Below, one piece after another: positions 1-64,000 of a stretch of 64,000 bases of DNA. This DNA is from Heterodontus francisci (taxonomy: Eukaryota): NCBI RefSeq assembly GCF_036365525.1, contig NC_090412.1, positions 9,342,123-9,406,122 of the forward strand, written 5' to 3'. The translations under genes and the position numbers were made by a program. How positions within the stretch are numbered: position 1 is the first letter of the stretch; each line of letters opens with the position of its first letter. The notes under the pieces were generated by a model. The model was not told the origin of the DNA, searched no databases, and saw only the letters and a list, made by a program, of their open reading frames with translations.

Positions 1-559
1 GGAATATGTGAAAATTGCATGTGAACACAATGCATTTGTTTGAACTTCGACTCTCTGCCATTCTACCAGAGGCGCTAATCTATGCAATCAAAATGAGTTC
101 TGCACCATAATAGCAGTGGGAGAAATTTTCAACAAATGCGCAAAGTATTTCTTTGCTCGCAGCCCACCCTGTAATGTAGTATTTTGGGGAGCAGTAATAC
201 CCTGTTCTGTTATCTCTACAACCTTGATTGGGATGTAGCTCAGACTGTTGGGGATAAAGTAATCCAGTTCTGTTCAAATGGTTATCAGCACCATTTGCAG
301 AGCAATGCAGCTGGACAGGGTAGAATGCTGTTTGGATACACATGTCTGTTCTATAACGTTCCAGAGTTCTGTGATAAGAAAAACATGTGGCAGAGACCTA
401 GAAGTGGGAAAATATGACATTCCTCTTCAAAGACAGAGCAGCCAATAAATTAGAGGCCAGTTAGTCTTCCACTGTCACCTCTTCCTGGAGTTAGTTGAGG
501 TCAATCAATCTAAAGGATGGGTCACCTTAATGAGCAAAGGTTGACCCCTAATATTTTTT

Positions 560-875
560 CTAAATACTCTTTGTCAAGGCTGTGCTTCTCCAACTCTGGC
601 TCCTTGTCCATCATCCACTGCCATCGCCCCTACCATTGGCGGCCTTGCCTTCAGCCGTCTGGGGCCCAAGCTCCAGAATTCCCTCCCTAAACCTCTGCAC
701 CTCCATCTTCTCTCTCCTCCTTTCAGATGCTCCTTAAAACCTACCTCTTCTTGACCAAGCCCTGAAGCCCCCTTCTTTGGTTCGGTGTCAATATTTCTCT
801 GATTACATTCCCGCGAACCACTTTAGGAAGTTTTACAATGTTAAAGAAACAGTACAGCAAGTTATTGTTGTAGTA
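560..875 (+). mobile_element. L2-type LINE 3' fragment
   Basis: gccttcagc..ggcccaagctccagaattccctccctaaacctct..ccttaaaacctacctctt; same family as 39150-39515 and 47850-48470. Confidence 0.65.
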
Positions 876-1496
876 GCCACTTTGTGTACCGCAGTGGCCT
901 GAGAAAGTGCTCGTGTGGTTTCTAGTTTTGGCAGCATCACAACCTGCACAGGAGTCTGGTGGGTGCATGATGTCAGAAACAATGCATTATCGATAATTAC
1001 TTCCTGTTCACTATGCGCTGTTGAATATTTGGGAAAGCACAATTTGTTACAGGACAGATGAACAGGAACAAGCTACAAATGTTGAAAATGTGAAACGCAA
1101 ACAGAAATAGCTGGAAAATACAGAGCCAGATGAGCTAATGTTACTGGTATAGTTGGGCTGTATATTTTACGCCTGATCTTACAAAGGGTCAGATCACAAA
1201 TGTTAACTTAGCTTTTCCCTTCACAGCTATCGACTGACCTGTGTATTTCCAGTCTTTTCTCTTATTGTTCAAGGACATCAGCACGGGTTTGGAAAAGAAA
1301 AATCATGGTCACCTGACCCATTGGGAGGTTTTTGTAACATTGCTGCATGAAAAACTGGGAAATGCAGTTGATATTATCCTTTGGAATTTTTGAAAAGGTT
1401 CCATAATAGGAACCACAGAACAAGAGGGTGGGTTGGAAATTGGAGGGCAGCCATTTGTGAAAACGGTTCAACTGAAAATTGGAAGGAGGTCGTGAT

Positions 1497-2250
1497 TAGG
1501 AACATAGGAGCAGGAGTAGGCCATTCAGCCCATCGAGCCTGCTTCGCCATTCAATACAATCATGGCTGATCTTCCACTTCAATGCCTTTTTCCCCACACT
1601 ATCCCCATATCCCTTTATGTCATTTGTATTTAGAAATCTGTCAATCTCTGCTTTATACATAATGACTGAGCTCCCACAAACCTCTGGGGTAGAGAATTCC
1701 AAAGATTCACAACCGTCTGAGTTAAGAAATTTCTCCTCATTTGTGGCTTCCCCTTTATTTTGAAAGTGTGTCCCCTGGTTCTAGACTCTGCAACCACAGG
1801 AAACATCTTACCTGCATCTACCCTGTCTATCCCTTTAAGTATTTTGTATGTTTCAATGAGATCACCTCTCATTCTTCAAAACTCTAGTGAATACAGGCCC
1901 AGTTTCCCCAATCTCTCTTCATAGGACAGTCCCACCATCCCAGGAACAAGTCTGCCGAACCTTCATTGCACTCCCTCTATAGCAATAACATCCTTCCTAA
2001 GGTAAGGGGACCAAAACTGCACACAGTACTCCAGGTGCGGTCTAACCAAGGTTCTATACAATTGAAGCAAGACATCGCTACTCCTGTACTCAAATCCTCT
2101 TACGATAAAGGCTAACATACCATTAGCCTTCCTAATTGCTTGCTGCACCTACATGTTAGCTTTCAGTGACTTATTGACAAGTACACCCAGGTCCCTTTGT
2201 ACATCTACACTTTCTAATCTCTTACCATTTAAGAAATACACTGCACATTT
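1497..2250 (-). mobile_element. CR1 LINE 3' end (RT C-terminus plus tail)
   Basis: [37 protein letters not shown] and RGDLIETYKILKG; tail gggctgaatggcctactcctgctcctatgttccta. Confidence 0.93.
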
Positions 2251-2254
2251 GTTC

Positions 2255-2992
2255 CTAGACGAACACATCTGCAGGAAGTGTCAGTGGCTGCAGAAGTTTG
2301 AGCTCTGGGCTTCGGAACTTGAGTGGCAGCTGGAGTCACTGTTGTGCATCCGTGAGGCAGAGGACTACATGGATAGCAGGTTTAGGGAGGTGGTCACACT
2401 GCAGGTTAGGAGCATGCAGGCAGAGAGGGAATGGGTGACCGCCAAGCAGTCTAAAAGAACCAGGCAGGGAGTGCAGGAGTCCCCGAGTTATCTTGCTTGC
2501 TAATCTGTTTTCCATTTTGGATACTGGTGAGGGCGATGGTACCTCGGGTGACTGCAGCCAAAGCAAAGTCCATGGCACCACAGGTGGCTCAGCTGCAAAG
2601 GAGGGGAGGAAGAAGAATGGAAGAGCAATAGTGATAGGGGATTCGATAGTCAGGGGATCTGACAGGCGTTTCTGCAGCAGTAAATGTGACTCCAGGATGG
2701 TGTGTTGCCTCCTTGGTGCCAGGGTCAAGGATGTCACAGAGCGGCTGCAGGACATCCTTCTGGGGGAGGGTGAACAGCCAGAGGTCGTGATCCACATTGG
2801 TACCAATGACATAAATAGGAAGAGGGATGAGGTCCTGAAAGCAGATCTTAGGGAGTTAGGAAGGAAATTAAAAAGCAGGACCTCAAGAGCAGAAATCTCA
2901 GGATTACTCCCAGTGCCAGGTGCTAGTGAGCATAGGAATAGGAGGATTGATCGATTGAACATGTGGCTGGAGAATTGGTGTAGGAGGGAGGG
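2255..2992 (+). mobile_element. CR1 ORF1 fragment with SGNH/GDSL esterase domain
   Basis: HICRKC..ELEWQLESL zinc/coiled-coil part, then VIGDSIVRG, CCLLGARVKD, VVIHIGTNDI and ISGLLPVP (ORF 2493..3149). Confidence 0.9.
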
Positions 2993-3939
2993 CATTGGAG
3001 AACCTCTGGGGACCCTTATTTATTTATCAACATGTGATTTAGACAATGATGTTGTCAGTAAAATCGGGACATTGCAGATAATACCAAAAAAAGGGATAAG
3101 GCACATCATAAAGAGCAGATTCAAAAAGGATGTTGGTCTCGGGTGTTAAATGATTATTATAGGAGCGTGGAACCAAAAAAGGACGTGTGTGTTATATGGG
3201 ACAATGAAGTAATTGTTAATCGTGAGATTTAGTGCTTATAATGGATAAATGTATCAAACTGCCAGGTCACAGCTTAGATGGAGTGAAGTAGGCAAATTAT
3301 GCTTCATTAGCAGAGAGTTGGAGAACAAATCAATGAGGTTGCATTGTTGATGAAAAGGGCATTGGTCGATTTTGATCTAACATACTGTGTGCAGTTCTGA
3401 TCACTTAATCACAGCCACTGCTGCCCTTGAAAGAGTACCGAGCCAAGCTATAAAAAAAATTACTTCGACTGTCAGCAATTTAAGTTAAGAGAAAGGTTAA
3501 AGAAATTAGGTCTGTTTTGATTGCAAAAGAGGCTTTGAGGTGACCCAACTGATGCTTTTAAATTGGCAAAGCGACAATGTTGATTCAGCCATTATAGGGA
3601 AGGGTTCAAAGACAAAAGGTCACAGGTTAAACAAACAAGCAAGCTTCAAGACTGGAGGATAGAAACCTGAACAGTAATGGAATTGTGGGTTCCGAAGAAA
3701 ATTATCTGTCCTCGAGGAGAAAGGAGGGATTGGAGGGACATGAAGGGAAGGTAGGTTTGTTCTTAAAATGTCTTGTGCTCGATGTTCAAATTAGCAGCAG
3801 TTTTGCACTGAAGATGTACGAGCCACTAGGAATGCAGTTCACTCCAACCTCTCTGTCCAGCCATCTGAGGAAATCAACTGTCCCCCTCACGAGTCTGAGC
3901 ATTACCAGTTCTAATTGAATAGAGCATTCTGCACTTTAA

Positions 3940-4710
3940 CTCCTTAAAGAAAAGGCTGAGGTGGTGACGAGAAGAGGTCTTCAAAATTATGAAGGGGTTT
4001 GATAAGATAGGCGTTAAGATGTTTCCACTTGTGCGGGGGGCGGGGGAAGTCCAAAACTAGGGGCCCATAAATTAGATTAGATTAGAGATACAGCACTGAA
4101 ACAGGCCCTTCGGCCCACCGAGTCTGTGCCGATCATCAACCACCCATTTATACTAACCCTACACTAATCCCATATTCCTACCACATCCCCACCTGTCCCT
4201 ATATTTCCCTACCACCTACCTATACTAGGGACAATTTATAATGGCCAATTTACCTACCAACCTGCAAGTCTTTTGGCTGTGGGAGGAAACCGGAGCACCC
4301 GGAGAAAACCCACGCAGACACAGGGAGAACTTGCAAACTCCACACAGGCAGTACCCAGAATTGAACCCGGGTCGCTGGAGCTGTGAGGCTGCGGTGCTAA
4401 CCACTGCGCCACTGTGCCGCCCCAAAATATAAAATAGTCATTAATAAATCCAATAGGGAATTCAGGAGAATCTTCTTTACCCAGAGAATGGTGAGAATGT
4501 GGAACTCGATACCACATCGATCCAGGGGAATACCAAAGATGCATTTAAGGAGAAGCTAGATAAGCACATGAGGGAGAAAGGACTGGAAGGATATGCTGAT
4601 AGAGTGTGATGAAGTAGGGTTGGAGGAGACTCATGTGGAGCATAAACGCCAATATGGACTATTCGGGCTGAACTGTGCTGTAAATTATATGTCGTTCCAT
4701 GTATTCTAAA
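3940..4710 (+). mobile_element. CR1 3' fragment split by a V-SINE insertion
   Basis: EVFKIMKGFDK.., RRIFFTQRMVRMWNS.. and a CR1-type tail. Confidence 0.8.
4071..4423 (-). mobile_element. V-SINE (HE1-type), tRNA-derived, (TAATC)n tail
   Basis: A box tggcgcagtgg, B box ggttcaattc, V-domain ctgtgtggagtttgca..ctccggtttcctccca, CR1-like tail; four similar copies in the window. Confidence 0.9.
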
Positions 4711-5506
4711 ATCCATCATGAACGCCCATTGAGAAATCCTATTCTATCACTGTGAATGCCTTTTGAGAATAATCATTCATTTGGTATATCAAAATTCAAT
4801 TGCTGAACTTGCAAAACCTTGAAAATATCTTTACATAATTGCATGAGCTATGAACTCCCTACTTACTGGGCTCTAAACAAACTCTAAAGAGGGTGACGAG
4901 AGAGGGGGAAGAGAGGAGTGATCCACTGCAGTGCGGCTGTGAGAATATCAGTTATTTTGTTTTTATTTTTGCCCCTTTTAATAACATCTCCCTCATTATA
5001 GCACATCACACCACTGCACAGACCGGGATGAGGAGGCTCCTGTCACATTGCTCTTCTGTAAAACAGCCACTAGAGAGTGCACAAGAGCAAGCTGGCTGGG
5101 CAATCACAATGCACAAACCTGCAAAGTACATGCTGCTTAGCAACAGTGATGATAATAGGTAGCTATTAGCTTTGCACGTGGGAAAGATAATATAAATTTG
5201 TAGTTTAGAAGGTTTATTAATGTAAAAAAAACTGAACGCACTGGCTTGTTATTGTACATTTTTATCTCAAACAAAATACACACCTTTGTAAGTTTACCAC
5301 TGACCACACACTTACAAAGCTTTACGTTTGCAAATTAGGTTGCAAAGTGCAAGTGAAAAATCTTATAAGTCAACTGACTAAAACCGATCATGATCCTATT
5401 TTCCAACTTTGCATGCAAAACCTGCTCCCAGGGTGGAGTACTGCTTCACTCAACATCACACAACACACTGGAGGGCAGCAAACAGGGGCGATTGCTGCTG
5501 ACTTAC

Positions 5507-59496
<53,990 letters not shown>

Positions 59497-60227
59497 TCAA
59501 GCATGATTTTTTTCCCCCCCATTTAAACATTAGTTCACCTGCTGAAATTAGCTAGTTTACAACAAATCTGTTCCATGTATTGAACATAGCGCCAGATTTA
59601 ACTATTTTTTGCCTCACTGAAAGTCAATGATCAGAATGTCAAACGACAATGAACAATTTGGGTTTTATTTGGCCAAGTTACATGGCATTTACAATGGTCT
59701 AGCACACTGTCAAAAACATTTCATACAACCAAGTACATTGAAGAATCATGAATATTGTGTTGGTAATTGCATCAATATCCATGAAGATGATGAGGGAGGG
59801 CTCATTGAAGAACATGTTGAAGTAAAAAGCATTGAGAGTTTTGAGGCAGAAGAGAATCTACGAATAACCTAATGCAGCAAAAACTTGGTATAGAACTGGT
59901 TTTGCTGAGCCTCCTAAAGGAGGAGATCACGGTAGGGGGGAGGGCAGGTTTAGGCATGGAACTGCATGCCAAAAGACTACAGTGAAAACAATGAAAATTG
60001 GCATGAAGAAAATGAAAGAACTTACAAAGAAGTCAAAAATGGTCAAGATCCTGCAAACAATAGAGTGGCTGTGTTTGCCAAGATGAGAGAATGTCAATAC
60101 TGGGAAGTGGAGCTCCATTTTCTTGGGATTATCAGCAGTTGCTTTATTTTGAATATAGCAATCGACAGCCAAGTAGATCTGCGAGACGAGTACTTGAGAG
60201 CTGAGTGGACTTGTCAGATCCCAAACT

Positions 60228-62180
60228 GAGCATCACTGAGCAGGTTATTGCTCAGCAAGTGCCGCTTGATGGCACTGTTGATGACACCTTCCATCACTTT
60301 ACTAATGATTGAGAGTAGACCGATGGGGCGGTAATTGGCCGTGTTGGATTTGCCCTGCTTTTTGTGTGCAGGACATACCTGGGCAATTTTCTACATTGCT
60401 GGGTAGATGCCAGTGTTGTAGCTGTACTGGAACAACTTGGCTAGGGACATGGCAAGTTCTGGAGCACAGGTCTTCAGTACTATTGCTGGAATGTTGTCAG
60501 GGCCCATAGTCTTTGCAGTATCCAATGCCTTTAGTCGTATCTTGATATCACGCCGAGTGTATCAAATTGGCTGAAGACTGGCATCTGTGATGCTGGGGAC
60601 TTCAGGAGGAGGCTGAGATGGATCATCCACTCGGCACTTCTGGCTGAAGATTGTTGCAAATGCTTCAGGCTTATCTTTCGCACTGATGTGCTGTGCTCCC
60701 CCATCATTGAGGATGGGGATATTTGTGGAGCCAACTCCTCCAGTTAGTTGTTTAATTGTCCACTACCATTCACGACTGTGGCAGGACTGTAAAGCTTAGA
60801 TCTGATCTGTTGGTTGTGGGATCGCTTAGATCTATTGCATGCTGCTTATGCTGTTTCACACACAAGTAGCCCTGGGTTGTAGCTTCACCAGGTTGACACT
60901 TCATTTTGAGGTATGCTGGTCCTGGAATGCCCTCCTGCACTCTTCATTGAACCAGGGTTGGTCTCCTGGCTTGTTGGTAGAGTGGGGGATATGCCGGGCC
61001 ATGAGGTTACAGATTGTGGTTGAGTACAATTCTGCTGCTGCTGATGGCCCACAGCGCCTCATGGATGTCCAGTTTTGCATTTCCAGATCTATTCCATTTA
61101 ACACGGTGGTTATGCCACACAAGACAATGGAGGGTACCCTCAATGTGAAGGTGGGACTTTGTCTCCGCAAGGTGGTCACTCCTACCAATACTGTCATGGA
61201 CAGATGCATCTGAGGCAGGCAGATTGGTGAGGATGAGGTCAAGTATGTTTTTCCCTCTTGTTGGTTTCCTCACCACCTGCCACAGACCCAGTCTAGCAGC
61301 TGTGTCCTATAGCACTTGGCCAGCTCGGTCAGTAGTGGTGCTACCGAGCCACTCTTGGTGCTGGACATTGAAGTCCCCCACCCAGAGTACATTCTGCATT
61401 CTTGCCATCCTCAGTGCTTCCTCCAAATGCTGCTCAACATGGAGAAGGACTGATTCATCAGCTGAGGGGGGCAGTTGGTGGTAATCAACAGGAGGTTTCC
61501 TTGCCCATGGTTGACCTGATGCCATGAGACCTCATGGGGTCCAGAGTCAATGTTGAGAATTCCCAGGGCATCTCCCTCCCAACTGTATACCCGTGTGCCG
61601 CCACCTCTGCTGGGTCTGGCCTGCCGGTGGGACAGGACATACCTGGGCTGATGGCAGTGTCTGGGACATTGTAAGGTATGATTCGGTGAGTATCACTATG
61701 TCAGGCTGTTGCTTGACTAGTCTGTGGGACAGCTCTCCCAACTTTGGCACACTCTAGTAAGGAGGACTTTGCAGGGTTAACAGGGCTGGGTTTGCTGTTG
61801 TCGTTTCCAGTGCCTAGGTCGATGCCAGGTGGCCGTCCGGTTTAATTCCTTATTGACTTTGTAACGGTTTGATACAACTGAGTGGCTTGCTAGGCCATTT
61901 CAGAGGGTAATAACGAATCATACACATTGCTGTGGATCTAGAGTCACATGTTAGCCAAACCATGTAAGGACAGCAGATTTCCTTCCCTAAAGGCATTAGT
62001 GAACCAGATCGACAATGGTTTCATGGCCATCATTAGGCTAGTTTTTAGATTCCAGATTTATTAATTGAATTCAAATTCTACCTTCTGCTGTGGTGGGATT
62101 CGAACCCATGTCCCCAGAGCAATACCCTGGGTCTCTGGGTTACTAGTCCAGTGACAATACCACTACGCCACCTCCTCCCC
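60228..62180 (-). mobile_element. LINE (CR1/L2 group) with a tRNA-like 5' head followed by APE endonuclease and RT start; 3'-truncated, frameshifted
   Basis: A box tggcgtagtgg (62160-62170), B box ggttcgaatcc (62096-62106); QPDIVILTESYL, WVGDFNV, PTRGKNILDLILTN, GRSDH, DQPWFNEEC, NYRPI, DAQFG. Confidence 0.88.
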
Positions 62181-62184
62181 TTGA

Positions 62185-62690
62185 TGCAACTCACTAGCCA
62201 GGCCTGCACTGGAGTATTGCATCCAATTCTGGGCACCGTACTTGAGGAAGAATGTGAAAAGCCTTGCAGAGGAGATTTACCAGAGAACGGTACCAGCATT
62301 GAGTGTCTTCAGTTCTGTACAGAGAGTAGAGAAGCTGGGATTGTTCTACTTAGAGCTGAGAAGGTTAACTGCAGATTTAATAGTAGGTGTTCAAAATGAT
62401 GAGGGGCTTTGATGGAGTAGATAATGACACTTTCCATTGGCAGGAGAGTCGGTATCCAGAGGACGCAAATTTAAGGTAATTGGCAAAAGAACCGATGGGG
62501 GGGGGGGGACGGGGGGGGGAAATGGAGATTTTTTTTTAATGCAGCACATTATTACTTTCTGGAGTGCACTGCCTGGAAGGGTGGTGGAAACAGATTCAAT
62601 AATAACTGGATCTCAAGTTAAATAGGAAAAATTTGCAAGGCTACTGGGAAAGAGCAGGGGGATGGCACAGGCACAAATGGGCCAAATGGC
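62185..62690 (+). mobile_element. CR1 3' fragment
   Basis: ctggagtattgcatccaattctgggcaccgtac; SRGRKFKVIGKR..FWSALPGRVVE. Confidence 0.82.
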
Positions 62691-62692
62691 CT

Positions 62693-63030
62693 TTTTTTTA
62701 ATTCATTCATGGGATGTGGGCGACGCTGGCCAGGCCAGCATTTATTGCCCATCCCTAATTGCCCTTGAGAAGGTGGTGGTGAGCTGCCATCTTGAACCGC
62801 TGCTGTCCATTTGGGGCAGGTAGACCCACAGTGCTGTTAGGAAGGGAGTTCCAGGATTTTGACCCAGCGACAGTGAAGGAACGGCGATATAGTTCCAAGT
62901 CAGGATGATGTGTGACTTGGAGGGGAACTTGCAGGTGGTGGTGTTCCCATGTATTTGCTGCCCTTGTCCTTCTAGATGGTAGAGGTCGCGGGTTTGGAAG
63001 GTGCTGTCTAAGGAGCCTTGGTGCATTGCT
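62693..63030 (-). mobile_element. 3' end of the tRNA-headed LINE family with A-rich tail
   Basis: gggcaattagggatgggcaataaatgctggcctggccagcgtcgcccacatcccatgaatgaataaaaaaaa. Confidence 0.85.
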
Positions 63031-64000
63031 TCTGTGCTGTCGGATTAGATGATTCTATAATGACATTAAGATGATTAAATGATCAAAAATGAAAAATGAG
63101 GGAGAATGGTATATTTTGTTGAACTCTGATGCTCTCCACCTTAGAAGCCAGAGTGACAGGCAATTCCCCAACTGGTGAATATTCACATTCAGCTGGAATA
63201 CAGAAAGACAGCAGAGTATAGTCAGGGGTCCAGTCACCCTGGATCTACAGTGGCATTGCCAGAGGACTGGAAGAAATACTCAAACCCATCTTCACAGCCA
63301 CGGAGAGGTTCAGACAGACAGAATGGATAGGGAGCGACTTCAAGCGGAGAAGAGGAGAGAAGACATTCCGTAACATGCAACTGAGTCCTGCAGATCAGAA
63401 AGGTCTCAGATTCAAACAGCCATCTCTGCTGAATAACCTGGAGGTAAGAATTTCAGCGGAGGTTCTCATCTTCCGCCCTAACTTGGACAGATGATCACTG
63501 GAGATGCTGCAGAAATGGTGGACAGTCGGGAGAACCCACCCCAGAGGTTCCAAGCGTCACTCTCTGCTGTGGCAGTAATAGGGACGCTACAATTTGCCAC
63601 AGTGGCGGGAGAGGACAGTATCAATCATCCTGCTCCCGATTACAATGCAGTAGATTCTGCTGGGCAGCGGGCATGTACAGGTGTTGGACATTGGGATTGG
63701 GTTTTAACTGCAATGCACCACATGGTCAAAACATCTGATGACACACATAAACTGGACCCGTCCATAAAAACAAGCTATTGGAGAGACCAGCGCACATAGG
63801 ATTGTATCATAGAATCAATCAGTCCCTTTAAGAATAGAGGGAATTGTGTGAGGGAGAAAAATAGTTAATAGGATGATGGTTAAGGCAATTACGTTCAAGG
63901 CACGATGGGCTGAATGGCCTCCTTCTGTGCTGCATCATTCTATAATTCTAAGTCTGAAAGCAGTGGTTTCAGAAACCTTAAATAGAAAAGTTCAAGACAC

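Larger units (their letters stand above)
390..3720 (+). mobile_element. Old, decayed CR1 LINE RT region, interrupted by younger insertions (pieces ~390-480, ~1320-1496, ~2995-3720)
   Basis: Degenerate RPVSL, AVDII..EKVP, WKEVV / GEPLGTLIYLSTCDLDND and YCVQF motifs in CR1 ORF2 order. Confidence 0.65.

Noticed and set aside
2493-3149. 218-aa GDSL/SGNH esterase ORF as a host gene
   Set aside because: It is CR1 ORF1 read through into an older RT fragment; no exon structure.
4225-4544. Recurrent ORFs WEETGAPGENPRRH / GTVAQWLAPQPH (also at 12.8, 36.6 and 40.7 kb)
   Set aside because: Translations of V-SINE copies.
1-5500. CaMKII hub-domain exons (RKQEIIK...)
   Set aside because: Not found by eye; presumably left of the window.

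Overview
Eukaryotic genomic DNA from a cartilaginous fish (shark/ray), judged by its repeat families; the species cannot be determined. Almost the whole window is internal to one minus-strand gene, Ca2+/calmodulin-dependent protein kinase II gamma (camk2g). I traced 12 GT-AG exons with matching phases: five for the kinase C-lobe and regulatory segment (84, 95, 123, 84, 43 nt) and seven for the variable linker (63, 41/38, 33, 72, 45, 49 and a divergent 105 nt). I did not find the N-lobe or hub-domain exons, which should lie beyond the right and left edges. Introns are filled with CR1, L2 and RTE LINE fragments, V-SINE/HE1-type and DeuSINE-type SINEs, MITEs and Penelope-type short repeats. Most notable: (1) a frameshifted, non-CaMKII kinase-like remnant hidden in an intron (~22.5-23.0 kb); (2) short retroposed units carrying minimal hammerhead ribozyme cores, one flanked by a 12-bp TSD; (3) a LINE with a tRNA-like Pol III head and no visible ORF1, together with its head+tail SINE derivative; (4) two 5'-inverted (twin-priming-like) non-L1 insertions; (5) a young RTE copy with a perfect 28-bp TSD; (6) several candidate unannotated linker exons and splice elements. 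Exon and TSD coordinates were read base by base. Repeat boundaries are approximate, and family names come from recalled consensus sequences, not a database search.
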